Part shown: in pieces, positions 29,596 to 37,560 of the stretch
How the letters are laid out: every line of letters starts with the position of its first letter
How positions within the stretch are numbered: position 1 is the first letter of the stretch
NCBI GenBank assembly: GCA_017991615.1
Contig: JAGOQF010000002.1
Span: 50,750-114,749, forward strand
DNA: 64,000 bases
Reading direction: 5' to 3'
Source of the DNA: Candidatus Shapirobacteria bacterium
GTDB taxonomy: Bacteria; Patescibacteriota; Microgenomatia; UBA12405
Made by a program: the position numbers and the translations under genes
The notes under the pieces: model-generated
The model's database searches: none
The model's input: only the letters and a program-made list of their open reading frames with translations
What the model was told of the DNA's origin: nothing

Positions 29596-31641
29596 ATGAA
29601 ATCAGATATTTTAAATCGGCAGACAGAAAAGAAAGAAGTTAATTATGTTAAAAAAACAATTGATCAATTAAGTGAAGGTATCAATGAACGGTTAGGAGGT
29701 AACGAAGAGTCAAAAGAAAAATTAAAAACGGAAATAATAAAAATAATTAATCAAGGTGATTTTAGAAATCAAGCTGAAGAAGTATTAGACCTAGCTGAGG
29801 CGTTACCTAAAAATGGGGATAATCAAACAGAGGCGGTAATAACAGCTAAAGAAATTAAGATATCTTTGGATAAATGGCAAGAAGAACATATTGATGAAGT
29901 TAGGAGTTACAGAAAGCAAATATTTGAAGAAAACTTTGAAAAGGAAACTAAAAAATTGAACCCAGAAATAAACAGTGAGGAAATAGAGGCGATTAAGACA
30001 AAGTCTAGTTTGATAGCCGAGATTTATTTTGGTAGTGGCGGGATAGAAAATCAAAAAGATAAGGTGGTTGAGGCAAATAAAGAAATGTCTGTAGGGAAAC
30101 TGAAAAATTCATGGATGGAAGTTCAAGCATTGGTAGGATTAATGCGAAAAAATTCATCAGAAATAGAAGAAACGGTGAAAAAAAATGATGAAGTAGACAC
30201 TAAATTAAATGGAATAAAAATACCTTATGAGACAATACCTCAAGCGAGAGCTTATGATGACGTAATTGATAATTTCAGACAGCCTGAGGTAAGACAAACA
30301 TTTGAATCAATTAGAAGTGGGATAGGAATGGTTAATAAAATTAGTCAGATAACTGGTGGTTGGATGGAAAAAGGAGTAGTAAAAATAGCTAATAATTTTA
30401 CCTCTAAAATCGGCAATCAAGCAGCGTCAGATTTTGTAAAAAATTCGGTGGGAATACTGGCAAAAGAAGGATTGAATGGTGGAATTAAAACGATTTTAAA
30501 AGGCTTAGCAAGTGGCGGAGTTAAAGCGGTTGCAAGCGGAGGAGTAGCTACTGGGGCAGGAATAGCGGCTGGAGTGGCTGGTGGGCCGCCAGGATGGATA
30601 ATAGCGGCGGTAACACTAGTTAAGAAAATAATCGGAAAAGTGGCTGATAAGCTAGGAGTTAATTTTGTAGGAAAAATGAAAGAGGCGATAGCAGTAACTG
30701 GCAATAAAGTGATTGATGGAACAATTCAAGGAGCTGAAGCATTGGTAACAATACCAACAATGGCAACAGGGACAACGACAGTAACAGTAGGAGGAGTGAT
30801 AGTAGCGGTGATAGCTGGTTTGATCATTTATCAAACACTACAGTCGAATATAGTGTCAAGTCTAGTACCTGAAGTGGAAATAGAAAAAACTGGAAGTGGT
30901 GGTGGAAGTAGTGGCGGTGGAGGTGGTAGTAGCAATATAGAGGTAGATATGAATCCAGTGTTAATACCTTCACAGACGGTTCAGTGTCGATCAGAAATGA
31001 CATCTTATCAAAATGAATTAATGACGAAAGTTAATAGTGCAGGTTATAGAACCAGAGCAGGAGTAGTAGCAGCGGCTTATTATCTGGCGGCTGAATTTCC
31101 ATACAAAGTTCCTTATTTCTTTAGTGGAGGTCATTCTTGGAGATCAGATTTTGATAGAGATGGTGGTTTTGTTTTGGAATCAGAAAATTCTTATATAACG
31201 GAATGGGGTTGTCCTAAAACTGAACCATCAAAAGGAGAAGAAAAACCTCCGACTTCTAATATACCTTTTGGATTAGATTGTTCTGGATTTGTAGACTGGG
31301 CTTATTTAACGGCTGGATTTAAAAATTTTGAACCTAATAGAGAATATCGCTATGGAGAGGACGGAAACTATTTAAGAATGTATTTTGAACCAAAAAACTG
31401 TGAATATATTAAAGAAAATATAAAACCAGGTGATGTTTTAAAAAAATGGGAAGGAGGAGCTCATACTGGGGTGATAGTTCAGATATCTGGTGACAAGATT
31501 AAATATGCTCAATCTTCGCCACGTGGGGTAAATATTGAATTTATTGATATTTGTACTGGACAAAAAATAGATGGGTCTAAGAATAGTTTTGAAGCGGTTG
31601 ATTTAATGGATGGATATTTTAATAAATTTGGTTCAAATTAA
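29596..31641 (+). CDS. Membrane-anchored protein with C-terminal NlpC/P60 (CHAP-like) peptidoglycan hydrolase domain (VirB1/PrgK functional analogue)
   Basis: 681 aa. Coiled-coil N-terminus, TM/Gly-rich region (GGGSSGGGGGSS), and C-terminal FGLDCSGFVDWAYL with a Cys nucleophile context and a downstream His. Confidence 0.55.
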   Translation: MKSDILNRQTEKKEVNYVKKTIDQLSEGINERLGGNEESKEKLKTEIIKIINQGDFRNQAEEVLDLAEALPKNGDNQTEAVITAKEIKISLDKWQEEHIDEVRSYRKQIFEENFEKETKKLNPEINSEEIEAIKTKSSLIAEIYFGSGGIENQKDKVVEANKEMSVGKLKNSWMEVQALVGLMRKNSSEIEETVKKNDEVDTKLNGIKIPYETIPQARAYDDVIDNFRQPEVRQTFESIRSGIGMVNKISQITGGWMEKGVVKIANNFTSKIGNQAASDFVKNSVGILAKEGLNGGIKTILKGLASGGVKAVASGGVATGAGIAAGVAGGPPGWIIAAVTLVKKIIGKVADKLGVNFVGKMKEAIAVTGNKVIDGTIQGAEALVTIPTMATGTTTVTVGGVIVAVIAGLIIYQTLQSNIVSSLVPEVEIEKTGSGGGSSGGGGGSSNIEVDMNPVLIPSQTVQCRSEMTSYQNELMTKVNSAGYRTRAGVVAAAYYLAAEFPYKVPYFFSGGHSWRSDFDRDGGFVLESENSYITEWGCPKTEPSKGEEKPPTSNIPFGLDCSGFVDWAYLTAGFKNFEPNREYRYGEDGNYLRMYFEPKNCEYIKENIKPGDVLKKWEGGAHTGVIVQISGDKIKYAQSSPRGVNIEFIDICTGQKIDGSKNSFEAVDLMDGYFNKFGSN

Positions 31642-31646
31642 ATAAT

Positions 31647-32144
31647 ATGTTTATTAAATTAATAAATTTAATTAAAAAATTTAAAGTAATAATTATTTTA
31701 GTATTAATAATATTTTTATTATTGATAATAAAGATAAATACTAAAGATGTTTATATTGAAAACAACAACTTAGATTTGATTAAAAATTCACTCACTCCAT
31801 CTGGAGTAAATAAAAAAGAAACTATAACTAGTCAGGATAAATTTAAAATAAAAGGATTAAATTTAGACGAGATAATGAATTTAAATTCAGGGGAGTATAG
31901 TAGTTTTATAAAAGGTTTAACAGAAAAAGAATTAGATATGTTGCCAGGAAAATATGATATTTCAGAATATATATCATTTGAAACTAACAATTTTATTATT
32001 AACGATTATGATTTAGACACGAAAGAGCTAAAAATTAAATCAAAAACAAATAATCAGGCATTTGATGAGGAAAATTTCGAATATTGGTATAAAAATTCAG
32101 TAGAAAATAATAGAAATGAAATTAAAGTAATATGGTCAAAATAA
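31647..32144 (+). CDS. Hypothetical membrane-anchored protein
   Basis: 165 aa. N-terminal TM helix. AT-rich. Confidence 0.35.
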   Translation: MFIKLINLIKKFKVIIILVLIIFLLLIIKINTKDVYIENNNLDLIKNSLTPSGVNKKETITSQDKFKIKGLNLDEIMNLNSGEYSSFIKGLTEKELDMLPGKYDISEYISFETNNFIINDYDLDTKELKIKSKTNNQAFDEENFEYWYKNSVENNRNEIKVIWSK

Positions 32145-32246
32145 TAAAAATTATTTGGAAAGAGTGAAATTTATCAGAAAATATGCTTTGGTGATATTTT
32201 TGAGTGCGATGGCAATATCAATGATAGTTTATAAACTGTGGCAAAG

Positions 32247-33368
32247 TTAATCCTGGAGACGGACGGGCATAATTATATGAGTGAAAGAAGGGTCGGATTG
32301 GTCGTGAAAAAAGACAGGGGTAAGATTTTCATTAAGTTTGATCAAAATTTCTTGACTTTTACAGACATTAAGAAAGTCGCTTAAGAACTTATAGTTAAAA
32401 GCAACTTCGAGATTTTCACCTTCGGTTTTGGTTTCAATTTCAATTCGATTCTGACCGACTTGAGGAGCATTGGCAGTAAGTTCAACTGAATTATTTTTAA
32501 TATTCATTTTAACAACATTAGCGGATTCACGAGCAAAGACAGAAGCTAGTTTGACTGATTGAAAAAATTCGTCGCGATTGATAAAGACTTTGGTTTGATA
32601 TGATTCAGGAATAAGTTTTTTGTAGTCGGGAAACTCCCCTTCTATAAGTCGAGAAACTAGCTCTATATCGTCTAGAACAAACATTACTTGATGTTCGTCT
32701 TGAGTAAGACCAATCTTTATTTTTTGATTCGTTTTAGCGAGTTTAGTGACTTCAATTAAACTCCGAGCAGGAATTAAAAAAGTAACTGGTTTGTCAGTTT
32801 TTAAATTAAGAGAATTAACTAATTTAATTTCTTTGAAAGAAAGTCTAAAACCGTCGGTAGAAACCAAGGTAAGTAGATTTTGAGAAAAAGAACATAAAAT
32901 ACCGGTTAAAATCGGTCGAGTATCGTCAGTGGCGGCGGAAAAAGCCATTTGAGAAATAGCTTGACTTAAAATATCTAAATCAATTTCAAAAACAGTATCA
33001 GGATTGATTTGAGGAAATTCAGGAAAATCAGTGGCAGGAGAAGTAGTAAAATCGGATTCAATTTTTGCGGAAGAAACTGAGAGAAGATTATTTTCTTTGA
33101 GAGATAAATCAATTTTACCGGTAGGGAGATAAGAGATAAATTCAGTAATTTCTTTTGAAGGGATAGTAATACTCCCCTCTTGATCAATTTTAGCACCAAT
33201 CCAATAATTAATACTTAATTCTAAATTGGTGGCCGATAATTTGAGTCGACCTTGATCAGTGGAGATTAAAATATTTCCTAAAATAGGTAATTGATTTTTA
33301 GAAGAGACAAAACGGGAAACGTTGGTTAAGGCAAGGTTTAAGTTTTCCTGGAGAAGAGAAAGTTTCAT
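32247..33368 (-). CDS. dnaN: DNA polymerase III beta sliding clamp
   Basis: 373 aa. MKLSLLQENLNLAL...ILGNILI N-terminus, three-domain length, and position downstream of dnaA. Confidence 0.8.
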   Translation of the reverse strand: MKLSLLQENLNLALTNVSRFVSSKNQLPILGNILISTDQGRLKLSATNLELSINYWIGAKIDQEGSITIPSKEITEFISYLPTGKIDLSLKENNLLSVSSAKIESDFTTSPATDFPEFPQINPDTVFEIDLDILSQAISQMAFSAATDDTRPILTGILCSFSQNLLTLVSTDGFRLSFKEIKLVNSLNLKTDKPVTFLIPARSLIEVTKLAKTNQKIKIGLTQDEHQVMFVLDDIELVSRLIEGEFPDYKKLIPESYQTKVFINRDEFFQSVKLASVFARESANVVKMNIKNNSVELTANAPQVGQNRIEIETKTEGENLEVAFNYKFLSDFLNVCKSQEILIKLNENLTPVFFHDQSDPSFTHIIMPVRLQD

Positions 33369-33642
33369 TAATCTAATTATATAAAATTAATAATAAAATA
33401 GTAGTTGTAGTTAGTAGTAATGGTTAATAAGTGAATAAATTTAAAATTAAAGGTAATGATAGGTTAAAGATAAATTTAATGGATGTTGAAAGAGATAATT
33501 AGGTGAAAAATTGAGGGTTTTTTTGAAATTTTGGCTTATAAGTTGAATTGAGATTAGGGTTAGTTTCGGTGGGAAAGATAAAAAATAAATGTGGAAAAGT
33601 TGGTGGATAAGTGAGATAATTTTGTGGATAAATAAAATAAGT
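33369..33642. promoter_or_regulatory. oriC segment (dnaA-dnaN intergenic): AT-rich DUE-like tract plus DnaA boxes
   Basis: TGTGGATAA (perfect, 33623-33631), TGGTGGATAA and TGTGGAAAA variants. About 80% AT. Confidence 0.55.
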
Positions 33643-34983
33643 TTAAAAAGATGATTTTATTTGGTTGATAAGTTTAGTAGTTTGTGGATTAGTGGATAAA
33701 TCTTGGTGGATTTTGTCACGAGCATGCATAATACTAGTATGATCACGACCACCTAAAAGTCGACCAACTTCTTCCAAGGAAAGATTAGCTTCAGTGAGGA
33801 GAATATAAGCGGTTAGATGACGAGCATAGACCAAATCTTTTTTTCGACTGCGACCACAGAGGTCACTAGTTTTAATGTTGAAAGTTTTAGCACAAACAGA
33901 AATAAGATGGCGAGGATTAATTTTGGAGCTAGAAAATGGATTTAAAGAGGAATTTTTGTCAGGATTAAGAAAATTTTGAACAAAACTTAAATCAATGGGA
34001 ATAATTTTTTGAGCGCTGGATTGGATTAAAATTTGTTTAAGCTTACCTTCGATTTCGCGGATATTTGATTCGATATTAGTAGCTAGAAAAGAAATAGCTT
34101 CAGGAGTAATTTGAATTTGAAATTCTTCAGTTTTTTGTTTGATAACAGCGACTCTCATTTCATAATCAGGAAGTTGGATATCAACTGTTAGTCCGCCCAT
34201 AAATCGAGAAACTAGCCGATCTTCAAGGTGGTCAATTTCACTAGGTTTACGATCAGAGGTGAGAATAATTTGTTTACCTTTCATATGAAGGGCATTGAAG
34301 GTGTGAAAAAATTCTTCTTGGGTATATTCTTTGCCAGCTAAAAATTGAACATCATCGACTAGAATACAGTCTAGATTACGATATTTATCTTTAAACTGAT
34401 TCATAGTTTTGGACTTAAGAGAAGCTACAAGTTCGTTACTGAAGGTTTCGGCGGGAAAATATTTAATTTTAAATTGAGGATTGTTTTTGAGAAGTTCATG
34501 ACCGACAGCTTGCATAAGATGGGTTTTACCAACTCCTACCCCACCCCAGATAAAAAGTGGGTTATAAGAGAGACCGGGATTTTTGATAATACCCTGGGCG
34601 GCGGCATAGGCAAAATTGTTACTATTGCCAACAATGAGGGTGTCAAAGGTGAATTTAGGGTGAAGATTATGTTGAAAGGAAGTATTTTTTGGAGTGTATT
34701 CAAATAAAGGAGAGTTAATAGGTGAAGGATTAATTAAAGGTTCTTGAACAATAAATTCAAGAGTATTTTGAGTTTTGGTTTGGTTATCTAGGGCATCTTT
34801 AAAAATTTGGTAGTAGCGTTTTTTGTTGATATCGACCAAATAGGAATTGGGACAGGCTAAAACAGCTTTATTATTTTGGAGGCTGATGAGTTCAGTTTTA
34901 CTAACAAAAGTTTGGAAAACCGCTGGCGCCAAGACAATTTTTAATTCTTCTTGTGTGTTTTTCCAAAGGCGGTTAATATCCAT
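33643..34983 (-). CDS. dnaA: Chromosomal replication initiator DnaA
   Basis: 446 aa. AAA+ Walker A GGVGVGKTHL, Walker B LDCILVDDVQF, and C-terminal DNA-binding helix-turn-helix. Confidence 0.9.
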   Translation of the reverse strand: MDINRLWKNTQEELKIVLAPAVFQTFVSKTELISLQNNKAVLACPNSYLVDINKKRYYQIFKDALDNQTKTQNTLEFIVQEPLINPSPINSPLFEYTPKNTSFQHNLHPKFTFDTLIVGNSNNFAYAAAQGIIKNPGLSYNPLFIWGGVGVGKTHLMQAVGHELLKNNPQFKIKYFPAETFSNELVASLKSKTMNQFKDKYRNLDCILVDDVQFLAGKEYTQEEFFHTFNALHMKGKQIILTSDRKPSEIDHLEDRLVSRFMGGLTVDIQLPDYEMRVAVIKQKTEEFQIQITPEAISFLATNIESNIREIEGKLKQILIQSSAQKIIPIDLSFVQNFLNPDKNSSLNPFSSSKINPRHLISVCAKTFNIKTSDLCGRSRKKDLVYARHLTAYILLTEANLSLEEVGRLLGGRDHTSIMHARDKIHQDLSTNPQTTKLINQIKSSF

Positions 34984-35161
34984 GAAACTTAAGAAAGTAA
35001 ATTAGTAAATGGGTGGCAGAGAATAAAATTTCGGGGAGGAAATTAAGTTATCCACATAATAATAAATGAGTTTTCCACAAAAGAAAAGAAGAAGATAAAA
35101 AGGAAATAAAGATTGGGCGTTATTTAGCCAAGTAAATTAAAATTGTGATAAAATTTGACTT
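34984..35161. promoter_or_regulatory. oriC segment / dnaA promoter region with DnaA boxes
   Basis: Perfect TTATCCACA at 35048-35056 and TTTTCCACA at 35072-35080, between divergent dnaA and rpmH. Confidence 0.55.
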
Positions 35162-35299
35162 ATGACAAAAAGAACATATCAACCAAAAAATAAAAAACGA
35201 AGTCGGGTTCACGGATTTTTAAAAAGAATGAAGAGTGTGTCTGGAAGAAATATTCTTAAAAGGAGAAAAAATAAGGGTCGAAAAAAAATTACGGTTTAA
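35162..35299 (+). CDS. rpmH: 50S ribosomal protein L34
   Basis: Unlisted 45-codon [48 protein letters not shown]. Canonical L34 sequence, located upstream of rnpA. Confidence 0.85.
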   Translation: MTKRTYQPKNKKRSRVHGFLKRMKSVSGRNILKRRKNKGRKKITV

Positions 35300-35333
35300 T
35301 CGGAATAAGGAATGTTTTGGGCTATAATGGGTT

Positions 35334-35672
35334 GTGATTAAAAAGAAATATCGTTTTTCGGGTAGAAGTGAGTTTTTGGAGGTAAAAAATAAAGGAGGGG
35401 TAGTATTTGACTGTCCCCTGTTTGGGGTAGTGGGTTTTAAAAAAGAAGATAAAGAAATTAAATTAGGATGGATAATTTCTAAAAAGATTTCTAAAAAGGC
35501 AGTAGAGAGGAATAAAATTAAAAGACGACTTTCGGTAGCATTGGAGTCAAAAATTGATAGTTTGGCTGCGGGAACAAGAATAATTTTTTTGGTGAAAAAA
35601 GAAATTTTGGGGAAGAGTGTTAAGGAAATAGAGATGGAAGTTGATAAATTGGTGGTTAAAATGGGTAAGTGA
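35334..35672 (+). CDS. rnpA: Ribonuclease P protein component
   Basis: 112 aa, basic. Follows rpmH, with 4-nt overlap to yidD. Confidence 0.7.
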   Translation: MIKKKYRFSGRSEFLEVKNKGGVVFDCPLFGVVGFKKEDKEIKLGWIISKKISKKAVERNKIKRRLSVALESKIDSLAAGTRIIFLVKKEILGKSVKEIEMEVDKLVVKMGK

Positions 35673-35875
35673 TAAGGCGAATAGTGTTGAAATTGTTGGT
35701 GGGATATAAGAAATATATTTCTCGGGGAGAAAATTGTCGATTTATACCTAGTTGTTCGGAATATACTTATGAGGCGGTTAAAAAATATGGGACAGTAAAA
35801 GGGTTGGTTTTAGGAATAGCTAGGATTTGGCGGTGCCGTCCGGGAGGAAAAAGTGGAATAGATTTGCTAAAATGA
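35669..35875 (+). CDS. yidD: Membrane protein insertion efficiency factor YidD
   Basis: 68 aa. YISRGENCRFIPSCSEYTYEAVKKYG is the YidD/DUF37 signature. Confidence 0.75.
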   Translation: MIRRIVLKLLVGYKKYISRGENCRFIPSCSEYTYEAVKKYGTVKGLVLGIARIWRCRPGGKSGIDLLK

Positions 35876-35885
35876 GTCTTAGTCT

Positions 35886-36659
35886 ATGAATTTATTTATA
35901 GCACCGTTTGTCAATGCTTTGTTTGGGTTTTATTATTGGTGGGGAAATTTTGGGTGGTCAATTGTAGCGGTAACAGTAATGATTAAGTTAATATTGTTAC
36001 CGTTGATATTGCCGAGTTTAAAGTCGGCTAAGAAAATTCGAGGTTTGCAACCAAAACTAAATTCTTTAAAAGAAAAATATGGTAATGATAAGCAAGCTTT
36101 GGCTAAAGCCCAGATGGATTTGTACAAACAAGAAGGGATTAATCCGATGTCAGGATGTTTGCCGCAAATTTTGCAGATAGTGGTGTTATTGTTGTTTTTT
36201 TCAGCTTTTAATATGGTGGTTAATTTCGCTCAAGGAAAAGGAAGTTTGGAAGAAATTAACAACCAATTGATTCAACCGTTTAAAGTAGGAGAAGAATTTA
36301 AATTTGATTTAGGTTTTTTGGGAGGAAATTTGGCAGAGACACCGGCTAAAATTTTTAAGGATGGAATTGGAATAAAAGCAGTGTTGCCGATAGTCTTATT
36401 GTTTGGGTCAGGGTTTTTACAATATTTGGGAGCTAGGGTGATGATGCCAAATCCAAAAGTGGCAGAAGATGTGGCTAAAGAAACAGAAGATAAAGAGGAT
36501 GATATGATGGCAGCAATGAGAACTCAATCGTTGTATATGATGCCGGCGATGACTATATTTTTGGGATGGAATTTTTCAATGGGGATTTTGTTGTATTGGT
36601 TTACTAATTCGGCAATGATGGTTATTCAACAATTGTTAGTGGCTAGATCGGGAAAATAG
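35886..36659 (+). CDS. yidC: Membrane protein insertase YidC (short Gram-positive/Patescibacteria type)
   Basis: 257 aa. Conserved PLxxxQxxMM-like regions (LQPKLNSLKEKYGNDKQ...MMPAMTIF), five TM helices, and synteny. Confidence 0.7.
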   Translation: MNLFIAPFVNALFGFYYWWGNFGWSIVAVTVMIKLILLPLILPSLKSAKKIRGLQPKLNSLKEKYGNDKQALAKAQMDLYKQEGINPMSGCLPQILQIVVLLLFFSAFNMVVNFAQGKGSLEEINNQLIQPFKVGEEFKFDLGFLGGNLAETPAKIFKDGIGIKAVLPIVLLFGSGFLQYLGARVMMPNPKVAEDVAKETEDKEDDMMAAMRTQSLYMMPAMTIFLGWNFSMGILLYWFTNSAMMVIQQLLVARSGK

Positions 36660-36687
36660 GCTTAATTTTTGTGTTAAAATAGCGACT

Positions 36688-37161
36688 ATGAATAATAAAA
36701 AAAGAAATGAAAAAATTCTAAAAATCGCTTGTGATTTTCTGGAAAAAATAAATTTTGAAGTAGAAAAAGCTTTTGTGGAGGATGTGGAGGGAGAAGAAAA
36801 TCAGGTGTTGGTGGGAGTGACAGTAACTAACCCGGCAGGGTTGATTGGATTTAAAGGTAAAAATTTGGTATCGGTACAGTTAATTTTGGGATTGATGGTT
36901 AGAAATCAGGTGGGAGAAAATATTAGGGTATTGTTGGATGTAAATAATTATCGAGTGGAACAACGGGAAAGGTTGGAAAAAACTGTCAGAGGATTGGCGG
37001 AGAAATGTTTGTTAAGTCACAGAAATGTAGCTTTGGCGAACATGAGTTCTTATGAGAGAAGAATTTGTCACATGATTGTTTCGGAGATAAGCGGAGTGGT
37101 GAGTGAATCGGAAGGAGAAGGCGAAGAGCGGCATGTGGTGATAAAGCCGAAAAGGGATTAA
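36688..37161 (+). CDS. Jag/KhpB-like RNA-binding protein (KH + R3H)
   Basis: 157 aa. Position after yidC. Contains an R3H-like segment (SYERRICHMIVSEISG). Confidence 0.55.
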   Translation: MNNKKRNEKILKIACDFLEKINFEVEKAFVEDVEGEENQVLVGVTVTNPAGLIGFKGKNLVSVQLILGLMVRNQVGENIRVLLDVNNYRVEQRERLEKTVRGLAEKCLLSHRNVALANMSSYERRICHMIVSEISGVVSESEGEGEERHVVIKPKRD

Positions 37162-37560
37162 TTAAGTTGAAAGTTTGTCAAGTTTATAAAGTTTATCAAG
37201 TTCATCAAGTTGAAAGTTCATCAAGTTTATAAAGTTTGTCAAGTTCATAAAGATCTCAGTTTTTCAGATCTTAGATCCGCCGGTGGGCGGATAGGTCTTA
37301 GAAAAATATTTTAGCTTGACAACATTTTTGTCGTCCTCGCACCTTCGCCAGAAGGCCTCAGCGGCTTGCGGGCGAAAAAATATTGTCGGCGCTAAAATTA
37401 GATTTCAGTTTTTCAGATCTCAGATATCAGGAAAACAATAAAAAAGATTTAAGATTTAAGATGTAAGAATCCGTTGGTGGGCGGATGGGTAAAACGATAG
37501 TTGACTCCCCTGCTGGTGGTGTTTGGGTAGGTTTAGGGGATTTTGTGGTAAGATTGGGGT
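37162..37560. repeat. Composite intergenic repeat locus
   Basis: GTTnnTCAA 9-mers from 37165, two tccgccggtgggcgga-type hairpins, cagatct repeats, an 89-bp TIR element, and gatttaag repeats. All read directly from the sequence. Confidence 0.75.
37309..37397. mobile_element. About 89-bp element with imperfect terminal inverted repeats (copy 1 of 3), MITE-like or structured ncRNA
   Basis: Left end ttttagcttgacaacattttt, right end aaaaatattgtcggcgctaaaa (about 17/21 inverted match). Internal hairpin ccttcgccagaagg. Other copies at 43357 and 62873. Confidence 0.5.

Noticed and set aside
37162-37560. Possible CRISPR array, because of dense short direct repeats in an intergenic region (also at 43302-43590 and 62780-63048)
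   Set aside because: The repeat unit is 9 bp with no unique spacers of 25-40 bp. Units are degenerate and mixed with hairpins and an 89-bp element. No cas genes are anywhere in the window.
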